Part shown: in pieces, positions 8,681-22,300 of the stretch
How positions within the stretch are numbered: position 1 is the first letter of the stretch
Layout of the letters: each line of letters begins with the position of its first letter
Sequence record: DRR723986_9138
Reading direction: 5' to 3' (one strand)
DNA: 43,760 nucleotides
The notes under the pieces: generated by a model
What the model was told of the DNA's origin: nothing
Databases searched by the model: none
Seen by the model: the letters and a program-made list of their open reading frames with translations, nothing else
Made by a program: the position numbers and the translations under genes

Positions 8681-10393
8681 ATGCATGAAGGTACTACAGT
8701 AAAGCTTCGACTCTGGCTACGGCTATCGCTCGTATTGTTGGTTGGGGTTGCGCTGGCATTCTTACCCATTCAGGCACAAAATGCGGGTCTGGGAACTAGC
8801 TCTCCTGACGCATCGGCTCTGTTTGAACTTTCCGCAACCGACCGAGGTTTTCTTGTACCGCGGATGACGACCGGGCAACGGGACTTGATTACCCTTCCGG
8901 CTCCAGCATTGTTGATCTTTAATGTAACCGACTCCGAATTTCAGTTCAACTTCGGCACTGCAGCTTCACCCGATTGGCAGACGCTTATCACAGCGGACGC
9001 AGTGACCAATGGTTTTTGGGCAATAGATGGAAATGCTTCTACGAACCCCGCCAATGATTATGTCGGGACTTCCGATGCCCAACCTCTCGTTTTACGCACG
9101 AATGACGTAGAAAGAGTTCGCATACTGGCGAATGGCAATCTTGGAGTTGGTACGAACAACCCGCTTTCATTGCTGAGTGTTGGTTCGACTTCACAATTTC
9201 AGGTGAGCAGTACCGGAGCAATTGTTAGTGCTGCGGGCATCACTTCAGCAGGTAATATTGATTTTACGGCTTTAAATGCCGGTGGTCTGGTGTCGGCAGC
9301 TGCCGGTACAGGCCGATTGACGCTGGCAGTAGCCGGAACGGACTATGAATCGCCTCTTGTATTTAGTAATGGCATGCAGCGACTAGGGAACGATATTGGG
9401 CTGGGCGGTTCATTGACGAGCAACACGGTAATTGCCAACGCGGGTTTTAACCTCGTGTTAAGCGGAGCCGGGCGTTTGGGAGTCGGTGTCACCAGCCCGG
9501 TGGTTAAAGTAGATGTTGATGGAGCAATTCGCATTGGTGATGCGGCCACAGCGACCAGTGGAGTTATACGTTGGTCCGGAACGGACTTTGAGGGTCATGA
9601 CGGTACTCAATGGCAATCGCTTACGAGCGGAGGAGGCGTAGGCGGCAGCGGATGGGATCTGGACGGCAATACCGCGACCAATGCGTCCTTCCTTGGAACC
9701 TTGAATAGTCAGGACTTGCGTATTCGTGTAAACAACGTGCAACGTGCGGTTGTTACGACTGGCGGAAGCGTCGGTATCGGCCTCACAGCGCCGCAGCAGC
9801 AGCTGGATATTGCCGGCGCTCTGCGCCTTGGTAATACGGCCGTTTCTACTTCCGGTAGTTTGCGTTGGACAGGAACAGACTTTGAAGGTCATGACGGAAC
9901 CGGATGGGTTTCTCTGACGCGTTCAAATACTGGCTGGACTGTTACAGGTAACACCATTAGCCCTGGAGATTATCTGGGAACCATCAATGCACAGGATCTT
10001 CCAATTCGGACGAATGGGGTTGAGCGTCTGCGCGTCAGTTCCTCCGGTAATATTGGAATTGCGACTACCAGTCCAACCGTCGAACTGGATGTCAACGGAT
10101 CAGTTCGCTTTGGTACGCGTGGCACAACAGTTGCCAATGTGATCAAAATGACTGTTAACGCCGATTTTGGTAACCTCGGATCAGATGGCTCCAGAATTGA
10201 AACGATAACCGTGCCTGGTGCACGAGTTGGTTCATCGGTTCATGTATCCCCAGCCGGACATTTGCCGGTTGGATTTATTATCGGTTATGCATTCGTATCA
10301 GCTGATGATACGGTCGAGATCAAACTGGTCAACGTTGGATTGGCTTCAGGAAATCCGGCGGCACAGGATTATTACGTTACGGTAATCGAGTGA
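8681..10393 (+). CDS. Secreted fibre-like beta-repeat protein (Bacteroidota G-I/V-G-T-x-x-P repeat type)
   Basis: Signal peptide ending IQA-Q. N-terminal GLGTSSPDASALFELSATDRGFLVPRMT. Repeated W..GN...LGT.N.QDL.IR.N.V.R, G(N/S)(V/I/L)G(I/V) and W.GTDFEGHDG..W.SLT motifs. No T9SS CTD or S74 chaperone domain seen. The ORF track starts at 8648; ATG 8681 is more plausible. Confidence 0.75.
   Translation: MHEGTTVKLRLWLRLSLVLLVGVALAFLPIQAQNAGLGTSSPDASALFELSATDRGFLVPRMTTGQRDLITLPAPALLIFNVTDSEFQFNFGTAASPDWQTLITADAVTNGFWAIDGNASTNPANDYVGTSDAQPLVLRTNDVERVRILANGNLGVGTNNPLSLLSVGSTSQFQVSSTGAIVSAAGITSAGNIDFTALNAGGLVSAAAGTGRLTLAVAGTDYESPLVFSNGMQRLGNDIGLGGSLTSNTVIANAGFNLVLSGAGRLGVGVTSPVVKVDVDGAIRIGDAATATSGVIRWSGTDFEGHDGTQWQSLTSGGGVGGSGWDLDGNTATNASFLGTLNSQDLRIRVNNVQRAVVTTGGSVGIGLTAPQQQLDIAGALRLGNTAVSTSGSLRWTGTDFEGHDGTGWVSLTRSNTGWTVTGNTISPGDYLGTINAQDLPIRTNGVERLRVSSSGNIGIATTSPTVELDVNGSVRFGTRGTTVANVIKMTVNADFGNLGSDGSRIETITVPGARVGSSVHVSPAGHLPVGFIIGYAFVSADDTVEIKLVNVGLASGNPAAQDYYVTVIE
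9569..9907 (+). repeat. Intragenic tandem duplication, period 294 nt (98 aa)
   Basis: cgttggtccggaacggactttgagggtcatgacgg at 9569 versus cgttggacaggaacagactttgaaggtcatgacgg at 9863. Confidence 0.8.
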
Positions 10394-13300
10394 TTCAGTC
10401 GAAGTTCACTCAGATATTCTCATCCAACCAATGTATCGTAACGAAAAGGCCTAACTTGAATAGCATGCAGCAAAGATTGAATGACCATACCGAAACATCT
10501 TCAATTTCATTTGCATCGCTGCGGCAAAGTGTGCTTCTGGCATTATGTGCTTTCTGTTTGCTCTTTGCCTCGTCTGAAGGCCAGGCCCAGGTGCCATTTG
10601 CACTGACCAACGGTGCTGAGCTGACACTTACCGACGGTTCACTTTTTACAGTTAATGGCGCCATTGAAATTGACGCTACTTCAACTCTAACTCAGCAAGG
10701 TACGGGCAGAATTCGTGTTGCCGGAGATTGGGACAACGATGGCACCTTTACAGCTGGAACCGGAACTGTAGAACTTCGTGGCGCAGCTACTCAGGCCATT
10801 GAAGGAGCTGCGGCGACGACGTTTAACGAAATCATCATTGCCAAGGACGCTGTCGGCAACATTGTTAACATCGACGCAGATGTTAACATACTGAACAATT
10901 TTCCGGTCTCAACAGGGACGCTTCAATTTGCAAACAATTCCGCCCGCGCAGTTACTGTGCAGGGTGGTTTAGATATTTCGGGCACTGCTGTATTCACAGT
11001 TGATGCTGCCGGTGCTGCCTTAACACACTCTATCAGTGTTGAAGGTAGTGTCACCAATGCGAATGTACTCGACTTCAATCCAGGTGGTGTAGCCGCTGCG
11101 AATCTGACGATGAACGGTTCAGGCAGTGTCGAGATTACCGGTCCCGGAGCGACCACTCGGCTTAACGGTTTAATTGCTGCTAAGTCTGGCTTGGCGGACA
11201 TCATCGAAGTTAATGCTGACAATTTTGATGCAGCCAACGGTTTCCTGGCAATTACAGGCGGTCTGGTTCACTTTGCGGGCACCTACACTCTGGCGCGCGA
11301 GTTTTTTGCCACACCCGGCTGGAATATTCCATCGGCGGGTGGTTTGTGGCTTGATAACGCCGATGTGACAATTCAGGGGCAGAATGGCAACGGAACAATT
11401 GCCGGTTTACTGCGCATCACTCAAGGCATTTTTAATGTTGGCGATGGGGCCAGCGAGAATAGCCTGTTTTATGACGACGGTGCTCAATTTGAAATCTTCG
11501 GCGGTGAGTTAAACGTTACTGCCAGACTATCCGGAACGGCTGCCGGTGATGAGATTGACTACAATCAAACTGACGGTTTTGTACGCGTTGGTAATGGTGC
11601 GCGTTCTACGAACGGCGCCTTTGGCATGTTTGACATCAGTTCAGGTTCATCGACGTTTGACTGGAGCGGTGGTGAGATTGTTCTGCAACGTGTAGTTGAC
11701 GGCAGTAACGGCCGCGAAGAATATGTTAACTTTGCTGCCAACGGGACGGTATCCGGGGGGATTCTGCGGATTGATAATCTGGATGCAGATAACTCCCGCT
11801 TTGATATTGAATCGGTTGCCGATCTTCCAGAAATATTCATGGAGTCAGCCAACCGTGCGCGCCTGCGCATGGATCGTGACATGACGGTACTTGGTGATCT
11901 CACCATTGCGGGAACTGGCGGCAACCGTTTTATTTTTGCTAATAGAACGCTAACGATTGGTGGTGACTTCATCAATAATGGCAACAATGTTAATACGATT
12001 AATGAAGGAACCACTGCCGAGATAATATTCAATGGCTCTGGGGAGCAACGAATAACTGGGAGTAATAATAACCCGACAGAATTGCCAGAATTGCAAGTCA
12101 ACAAAACAGGTGTCGGTAATCTGATACTAGAAGTTCCTGTGGAGCTGTTTGGAGACTTACGTCTCGTTTCTGATCACTTGATCGACATCGATACATATGA
12201 TCTTACGGTTGATGCTGGCGACGAAATCTTCAGTAATACCGGCTCCGCACAAGTGTTTAATTCTAGCAAACACATATTCTCAGATGCAGGCACAAATGCC
12301 GGCACTCTGATTCGCGGAGTAAGCGCAGGTGCGGCCACGCCATTTGACTTAACGTTCCCAATTGGAACGCCTAATGCATATACGCCTGGTCTTGTTCAAT
12401 TCTTGAGTGGTGGAGCCACGTTTGCAGCTGGTGCGTTCGTACAGATGCGTGCAGTTACACAGGAGCACCCGGCCGTTGAATTGACAAACGTTTCCCTTCA
12501 AAAATATTGGACTATTACAACAAATGGAATTACTCTAAATCCTCGCGGTGCTACTGTACAGTTTGAATATGTGCAGGATGAAGTGCAGGGGAATGAGGGT
12601 AGTTACGTTGTTCTTTACTTCTCACCAGCATGGCCCCAGGTTGGTGGATTCTGGCAAATCGATCCAGGTCTTTCCGATGATATCGTTCAGTTTAACTTTA
12701 AACTGTTTTACTCTCAGGAAGTAAATTCCCTGGATGGGGATTGGACTGCTGGTGAAGATGATGCTGGTATCGCTCAGTATTTCAGCCGTCAGGATGGTCC
12801 ATACGAAGACCCTGACTCCTGGTCACGTACAACTTTTGGTGGTCCTGCTTCTGCAACAACACCGAATAAACTTTCTGACCGGGTCTTTATCCGCAACCAT
12901 AGTATCAGCGTTAATGCGGACCCCGCGCCGGCACATTTGCTTGAGATCCAAGCCGGTTCTGTGATTACTGTTAACGGTGACTTTGCATTTACAGGTGATA
13001 CCTTACGTCTGGAAGATGACACTGAATTGGCGATTGCACATTCAGATGGAATCTCTGAAGTAGCAGCTTCTGGAGCCATTCAGTCCAGTATTCGCGATCT
13101 GAGTGCGAATGCAGTTTATCGCTTCATTGGAACGGCATCCCCGCAGTCAACGGGTGATGGTATCCCAAGCCCTGTCCAGTCTGTAATTATCGACAAGGCG
13201 GCTGGAAATAGTGTTGGGCTTGCTAAGTCAATCGCCATCTCCGATTCACTTGTAATTAACGATGGGACTCTAGACCTGGCCGCATTTACGATCAATGGCA

Positions 13301-16300
13301 ATAGCTCTGGGCGTAGCCTGATCATGCGTGGAGGTGAGTTACTTGTTCGCAATACGTTTCCGACAAATTATTCACCACCGACATTTACGAGTGGTGAGAT
13401 CAATTTTGCGGGTACCGGGAATCAAACCATACCCAGCTCTCTATCGAATCCAGCCGTACTGCAGTACAACGATTTGACAGTCAGTGGAGTACGTGGTCCA
13501 ACGGCTGCTATGACGCTTCGGCCGCAGGGAGAGATCCGGATTGGCAATGTCCTGGACCTGTCTGAACTGTCTTTTCAGGGGGCCGCGTTCCAGCGCTTTT
13601 TGACGGATGGTTCTACGGTCGTGTTTAATGCCTCCGGGGCACAGTCAATTCCGACTCATCCTTTAGCGCCGGCAGATTCCATCGTTAACCTCAACTACTA
13701 CAACCTGGTCACAGCAGGAAGTGGTGTCAAATCATTGACCAGTACTACGGCCAGCACATTTGTTATCCTGAACGACTTAAACATCCAGACCAATACCACT
13801 CTAGCGTCTTCCGGATTCGACATTGAAGTTCGCGGTGATTGGAATAATACGGGTGGTGTGTTTAACTCCGGAACGAACGCTGTCGTATTTCGCTCGGAGT
13901 CGCTGGGGCAGAGTAATACGGTTACGTCTCGCAGCACTACAGACAACCCGTTTTACACCGTCCTGTTCGATGGGCTCGGTGAGATTATCGTGGCTGACGA
14001 TATTCAGGTCAATGACGACTTGTTTATCGGCACGTCTGCCAGCCTGACATTGACCACATCAACTTTGTCGTTGGCAGGTGATTGGTCCAATACTGGCGGG
14101 ACTTTTTCTGCAGGGACTTCGATCGTTGAATTTAGCGGTGCTGCACAACAAAAAATCCGTTCGGCAAATCAGGGGCAAACTTTTTACGATCTTAACATTG
14201 CCAACGGTGGTTTGGGAGTAGACGCACGTCAGGTTGGCGGTGCGTCAGACGGCATTACCATTGCTAACAGTCTGGATTTGAGTGGTGGTAACTTAAACGT
14301 ACGTGGACGTCACGTTTGGACGCAGGGTGCAATTGTGCGTGCGGGTGGTACCCCAGGGCACATTGAAGGTGAACTGCGTAAAACTGTCGGCACCGATGCA
14401 CAAACCGTAGACTACGAAGTCGGATTTGGAGAATCTTATACTCCAATCACAATGGTGTTTGCCGGTACAGGTGGGACTGAAGGTTTGCTTGGCATTGATT
14501 CTGACAGCGTTACGACAAGCTCTTCTCCAATCAGCACGGGCGTTACGCCGGCTGCCAATTCATTGAACGATAGCCGTCATGTGCGCCGCCAGTGGGGAAT
14601 ATCAGTTCCCAGCGGTAGTGCTTTCGCCATTGGAGTTGACCGCACGTACGATGTTACTGCCAACTTCCTGGCGGATGATGCGCGCAACGGCGCCAATCCT
14701 TTGTTGTATGAATCACGCATCTGGACCGGCGCTAGCTGGTTGCTGCCTGATCGATTTGGTTCTCCTGTGCAGGGCCTCCGTTCCGCCACCTCAATAATCT
14801 TTGAAGAGTTAACTGAGTTCGGTACTCTGACGATTGGAGAACCTGACTTTTACAACTTCTATAGTTTGCTGGATGATGGTGATTGGACAGATGCCGCCAC
14901 TTGGTCTACCCAAGGTTATGGTGGCGCGGCTGCACCAATTTCACCGACGGCAAATTCACGCGTGTTTATCGGGGACAGTAAAACAATCATTCTCGATGCG
15001 GGCGTTACGATTGATGGTGAGTTAACACTGGACTCAACGGGTGTGTTTGATGCCGATGTATTCGTTGTTTCCGGAGCGGGAACATTCAGCATGTCGGCCG
15101 CATCAACACTTAAGACCGGGAATGCAGGTGGACTTCGCTCTGCTGCTGCATCTGGTACGATTCAGACAAGCACGCGTGACTACAACCCTGGCTCACATAA
15201 CCGCGGAACCTTTGTCTATAAAGGAGCCGTTGGATCGCAAATTACAGGTGATGGTCTTCCGGGTACTGTTGCGCGCCTCATCATTGAAAAATCTGCTGCT
15301 GATGTAACTCTGAATAATGCGGTTAACGTCAGTGACACCTGTAGCCTGGAGAGTGGCGAACTAGTCTTAGGCGCCGACCTCAATTTGCAGGGTGATTTGT
15401 TGGCGACAACAAATGCAAGTATCACTCCCCAGACTTCAACAGTAACTTTTGATGGTTCGACGGGGCAAAGCTTGGTGGCGTCGGGTACGACCTTGTCATT
15501 CTTTAACTTTACCGTGGACAAACCGATCAACACAGGTTTGTTAACGTTCGGCACGAACTCAGCCGTTTCGGTTGCTGGTACTCTGCGATTTGAAACCGGA
15601 AACGAAGCATATATCGATGCACGGACATTTACAGACTGTAACGTTATAGTTCCTGGGAGCATTGCCCGAGTAGGGTCAGGACATATCGACGGTACTCTAC
15701 AACTTAACGTACCGGCAGGCACCGCGACATCGCTATATCACGTAGGGGAAGGCGAAAACTATGTGCCTTTTACTCTTGAGTTAACAGGAGCAGGTGGAAC
15801 AGCAGGCCTGGTATCGATACGAAATGAACCCGGCCGCTATGACGGCTTAAACGACGCCAACACACCGATTGACCCAAGTCGCTATATTCCACGTTATTGG
15901 CGAATGTTGGAGCCTAGTGGCTCGACGTTTGCGCGTGGTACCAGAGCCATGACAGTAACGCTGCAAGTTCTTGATCCAGCGGACGTTGGTCTGGTGGACG
16001 CCCTGGCATGTAGTGAGATGGGGTTCTACCGTGGAGCTACGGAAGGTTGGCAGTCACTCCGTCCCAACACGACAGGTTCGAATTATCCCGCTGGTTTCGG
16101 CTGCGGTGATACGCGCTTTACCTTGGGCTCTATCGACTATGATGGTAGCGCAAATACTATAATTGCTAATGATATTCCTTCGGACTCCACTTTAGGGTCC
16201 ACAGAGTCAATCGCTGATGGTTCGACGATTCTTGGTGACTTCGTCATTGGAAACCAAAACTCGATTGTCATTACCTCCTTCTACAGTCGCACTGATGGCA

Positions 16301-19300
16301 ACTGGTGTGATGTTAACACCTGGTCCACTACTTCGCACTCCGGAGCTGCAGCCACACGACATCCTAACACGCAGTATGATGTAGTGTTTATTGCTGAGAA
16401 CCATAGAGTCGATATGGACTGTAACATCGGTACTTCGTGGTTGTACGGAGGTGGTGTTGGGGAGAACGCATTCTACGGTCCGAACGTAACGGTTAAAAAA
16501 ACAGGCTCGTTGTACCTTGGACCATTTGAGCTTCGCGGAGCAGCCCTGACGGTTGAAAAAGGTGGGACGCTCGGCGTTGGATCGCAGGATGGCATCCGCA
16601 ATGGGTTTACTGGAAATGGCAACGTGTTAACATTTACACGTGCCTTCCTTGACAGTATGAATATTGTCTACACAGCCGAAGGTTATACTGCTTCGGTTGG
16701 TAGTGACTTCAGTTACTGTCGGCCCGGTTGGAGTTCGGGTACTCACTGGATCGAGCGCGTACGCGTTCGCGACAATTCGACAGCAACAATATTTGACAAC
16801 TCTACCGACAACTTTGGTCGTGGATTGTTCTACTATGCTGACAGCGTCATTACTATGACTGCCGGCCAGCAATATGATATGATCCTTAATCCAAACTCAG
16901 GCGGCAATAAGCGCTGGCGTGTTTGGATCGATTATGATCGTGACGGATCGTTTGATGATCCAGCTGAGCGTATGTTCGACTTCACGGGACCAAATCAACA
17001 AACTTCTCCAGACTTTACAGTTCCTGCCGGGACATTACCAGGTGTAGCGCGTATGCGCGTGCAGATGCGCGATGGCACAGGGACATCCGGGCCATGCAAC
17101 GGTAGTACAGGTGAAGTAGAAGATTACACCGTTCTGATTATTAACGATACTCCGCAGATTACGCAGCAAACCGGCAATGGTTTACCAGACATTCTTTGGG
17201 CCTTCGAAGTCGACGCTCAGCGTAATACACCCGGAATTGTGCAGCTCGGCAAAGCTATTGATGTGTCCGATTCTCTTGTGCTTTCGCGTGGAACGCTACA
17301 AATCGGATCAAATGACATTGACCTTGCCGGCGACTGGATCAACAATAATACGACGGTTGATTTGAACACCGGTACGGGAGAAGTGTTCTGCATCGGCAAA
17401 AAGAATCAGGAAATTCGCGGTACGGCAGAGACGAGCTTCAACGATTTCAGTATTAACAAAACCGATGGATTACTGAGCATTGCTACGAATGCTACCATCA
17501 GTAGTTCGATGACTTTTGACGCTGATAATCTGGTGTTCGTTGATCCGGATGTCACCCTGACGTTTGACCCATCTGCCACGTTGAGTGCTGGGGCAGGTGC
17601 CTTTAGCAAAAACAGAATGTTCCAGACGGAGGGTTCTACAACTGCCGGCCTAATTGTTAAACAATTTAGCAATGCAGCGGGAGCCAAGTCATTCTTGTTC
17701 CCTGTTGGAATTGACACAGTCTACAATCCTGCAGACCTTAGTCTTACCGCAACGTATGGAGCATTGCCTTCTGTTGGTGTGCGCCTGCGCGACGGTCTTC
17801 ATCCGGAGCGTTTACAGGATGACATGCTCAAGAAGTTCTGGACTGTGACTACAAGTGATATCTCTGCCATTTCTGCCAACACATTACAGTTTGGTTATGA
17901 AGATGTAGATATTACTGGTGATGTTTCGGCGTACATTCCAGCGTTTTACCGCAGCACTGGTGAGTGGGAGATTAATGTTGGTACAAATCCAAAAGCATCG
18001 CCTTCGCCTGTTGTTGCAACTGATGCTCCCTTTGTAGATGGAGACTGGAGTGCGGGTGGAAAACTCGTCTTTTTTGAAGGTCGAATTTTCTATAGTCGGC
18101 AAACTGGAGACTGGAGTAACCCTGACAATTGGTCCAACATTGGCCACAGTGATATCGCTGCATCTTATTACCCCTTTGAGCTATACGATAGTGACACAGT
18201 GATGGTTGATGGACATATCATCACTATGGATCTTGATTCGGTTCAGGTCGATTCATTGAGAATCGGTGGTTCATTTAATGGTACCGAGCCTCAGGGCCGT
18301 GGAATTGTGCGCTTTGGTCAAACTCCGGCCCAGAAAAACCTGATAATTAGTCGCAACCTGGACGTTGAATTTGATGGTGTCATTGAAGGCGATGCAGTCG
18401 GTGTGCGGAATGACACGCTGACCTTGCTGGGAGATATGCGCAACGTTGCTCAGGTGGGGGCAAATGCAGGGGTGTTTCTTGATAATAGCGCTACGAACAA
18501 TACTGCCATAAAATTTAGTGGTGATGGAAATAACCTGTTAACCGGGGATGGAGTCTGGGGGGATTTACCGCGAGTTCTGTTAGAGAAGACTAATGGTCTT
18601 GCGGATACTCTTATCAATCAATCAAGCTCATTCTCTAGCGCCAGTGGACGTGTATCACATTATCGGTTTAGTCCCAATGCAGGCGTCTTGCGGCAAGCTA
18701 CAAGTGGTACCCTGGGGCTCTCGTTTGGGACAGCCAGTGTCCAGATGTCACCTAATACTGCATTTGATATTCAGGATGGTGCCGTCAAAAGTTCCGGTAG
18801 CCTGATTTCTAATGCGGCGACCAGAATCCGACTGCGCGGTGGTGACTTGCTCGTAGGCGATGCTCAAAATGAAAACTTCCAATACCGGGCCGGTACAATT
18901 GTAAAAGTTGAAGATGGCCTCTTTGACGTGGCTGGAACATTTAGCCGTTATATCGCTGGTTCCACGTTGCAATATGAGCAAGCCACGAACGGAACTACGC
19001 GCGTAATGAAATATGGGAACACCGATATAGCCAAAATCGGGTTCGACATGGTTAACTCCGGATCCAGTTTTGATATGACTGGTGGCCGCATCATTATCGC
19101 GAATGGAACAAATGGAGCCTCAGCCGATTATCGCGTAGATGCCGGTAATGGTGCCGGTATGCTCGGTGGAGAGCTTCAGGCAGGTGACTCCACATTTACG
19201 GTGACCTCTGAGATCAAAGTTGCCGGAACTATGTCAATTGCTTCCTTGCACTCCGTTGCTTCCGGCGTAAAAACACAGATAACTGAAGAGACATTCATCG

Positions 19301-22300
19301 TACGAGAGAATGTTGAGATTGACAATGGACATCGCTTCCTGCTATTTGGAAATACCCTGGAAGTTGGTGGAGATATTACGAACTACGGGCTTTTTGATGC
19401 TGTCAGTGGTTCAGATCCTTCGGATGCCAGACTGTTAGTTGTTAATGGTAGTTCAGATCAAACGTTCTACAATGATGACACAGGTGGATTGGCGACATAT
19501 AATTTCCGCTTGGAGAAATCAGGTGGCAACCTGATTCTGGGTGCCGGTGGAAATTCAGAGTTGCTCATACAAAACACTTTTGAATTTGCAGGTAGCAATC
19601 AGGCCTTAATTGATGCGCGTACAAATGCACACTTCGTGCAACACTCTCCAACGACGAGTAGCACGTTGCAGTTAATACGCAACGGGCAGGGACACGTTGA
19701 CGGACGCATGTTCCGTTGGGTTGAGTCTGGTGCGAACCTTGTTCCATTTGCGGTTGGAACTTCAGCCTCATTGGATGCTTATACTCCGGCAGTGTTTGAA
19801 TCCCAGGGAAGCGGTGGAACAGCCGGCTTGGTTGGTGTGATGGCTGTTGGAACCAATCATCCACAAGTTTCGACGGCGAATCTTAAGTTAAACAACAATA
19901 TTCAACGCTATTGGAATGTTACCACAGCGGGTGGATTTGACCTTGGTGGCTCACGTACATTCCGGTTAACACTTCAGTTTATTGACCCTGATGATCTTCG
20001 TGACACACCCGAACTTCTGTTCTTTGCACAACATCGCTATACACCAGCCTGTCCTGATTTGCCCGCGCTCTGCCCGCCGGGCGGAACGTGGACTACCCTG
20101 ACGACACCCACAATTACCGACACGACAATGCGCTCGACTGGTAATTCTGAATTTGGTGATTTTGCTCTCGGTGAGTTAAACAACACTACTTTCTATAGTC
20201 GGGCAACAGGAAGTTGGACAGACCCTACAACCTGGTCTATTACAGGATATAGTGGAGGAGCTGCTTCACGATTCCCGGATCAGGCTACCGATATTGTGCG
20301 CATCGGGAACGGCAAACGAGTGAATCTGCCGGGACAAATTATTACACCAACAGTGCGTTCTGTGCTGGTTGAAGTATTTGATGATTTACCGGGTGAACTC
20401 TACATACAAGGTGACCTTGGAACAATCCGTGGTCTCTCATTTGAGTTGCAAGATTCTTGCACACTCGGCTTGCACCACCTTCAAGGTATTGCTCCGACCG
20501 GTGATCGTGGAGCCATCCAGATGGATACGCGACTCTTTGGAGTCGGTCGCTATGTGTTTAACAGTACAGCTGGAAGTCAAAACACTGGTGATGCAATTCC
20601 AGATAGTGTTGCGGCAATAATCGTTGACAACAATTCAACGCCGTTTAACACTGTGTTCATGTCTTTTCCATCCGGTGCCAACCCAGTAAGTATCCGGGAT
20701 ACGGTGCGCATCAATTTTGGAACGCTCAATAGTGGGCGCCGGGCTCTTAACGTATACGGCGACATGATTCTGCGGAATAATGGAGTGTTTGAACCACTGG
20801 ATGCATCGGTTGCATTTCGTGGTACAATTGATCGTGACTTGCGGCTCGACAATCTGACTGGCGTCGATTTCTATGATGTAAGTATCGACGGGGAAGACCT
20901 TATTGTTAAAACTGACTTCGTTGGCTCTTCTACCGCCCACGTTCACGTTATTAACACTTTAACATTTAGTTCGAGTGGGAACTTACGTGTCCGTGATGCG
21001 GACCGTTATGTTGAAGTTCAGATTCCGGGAAATGTTTCGCGTGTTGCAGGCTTTGTAGACGGCAAGATGCGTAAACCGGTTGGTAGTGGTGCTGAGAATG
21101 TATTCTATGAAGTTGGTAATCTCGATGACTACACACCGATTGAATTAACACTGGCGGCGGGTGCCGGTGGCGCAGCGGGTTCCGTTGATGCCATCAGTTA
21201 CAGCCCGATTCCAGCGGAGGAATTCGTCGGCAACCGATTGGACCTGAACGCGAAAATAGACCGATACTGGAGTGTCACCGGAGCAACCACGTTTGTGCTT
21301 GGAAGTCGCACAGCCAATGTCTCTCTCGGATTTCCAGGCAGCGAAGTTAGCTCCATAGTCACAAGTAATACAATCATTCGCAGGCGCAGTGTTCCAACGG
21401 AAGTGCCCGAATGGTCTGACCGTCGCAACTTGGTCTGGGAAGCAACCACAGCTAATGTTAGTCTGGCTCTTGGCGAATCGCCCTGGACAGGATTGGGTGA
21501 TTTCTTCCTTGGTGAGCGTGCTCAGCGAATTTTCTATAGCCGCCAAAATGGCGATTGGGATGAATCAAACTCGTGGTCATTTACAGGTTTCACGGGTGCC
21601 GCTGTACCAGCAGGAGTTTATCCCAATGACGATTGGCAACTCGGACCTGGGCAAGAATATGAAGTGCGTGACAGTGTAATCATTGGTGGCGGCAATTCAA
21701 TACTATTGAATACTCGGCCAGAGATTTCCTACCTGGAAGTCGCCAGCACCGGTACCCTCCGAATTGGAGAAGGCTTTTTCTTGACGGAAAGTCCGTATGG
21801 AACCAGTGCTTCGCTGGTGGCAGATGATGGAACACTCGATTTGGAGTCTGCCGATGGCATCGAAAGTGGTGTTGCTGACGGAGTCTGGCGTTTCAGTGAT
21901 GCTGTGCGAACCTTTGAACCTTTAGCTGACTATGTGTTTTCAGGTAGCCTTGACCAAGAGTTTGGTGGGGCATTCCCGCTTGCGGTCAACGACATTTTGG
22001 TTGACACCGACAACAATTCACGCACCGTACTGTGGAATCGCAGTGGGGTAGTGATGAGCGGCAACTTAACGGTCCAAACTGGTCAACTGACAATCGACAA
22101 CAACAACTTCCTGGGGGCCCCGGCTGATCAGGCAATTACAGTCGGTGGTAACTTACAGATTGATGCAGGCGCTGGGTTTGTAGTCGAAAATTCAGGTACC
22201 GCACCTCGTTCGCATTCGGTAACCCTATTTGGAAATGCAAGTGTTGATGGTGACTGGCTCATGCGTCCGGTTGCAAATAGCTCAGACTTCAAAGCCGAGA

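Noticed and set aside
8681-10393. Prophage or tailocin suggested by tail-fibre-like repeats
   Set aside because: The protein has a Sec signal peptide, and there are no phage structural, lysis or integrase genes nearby.
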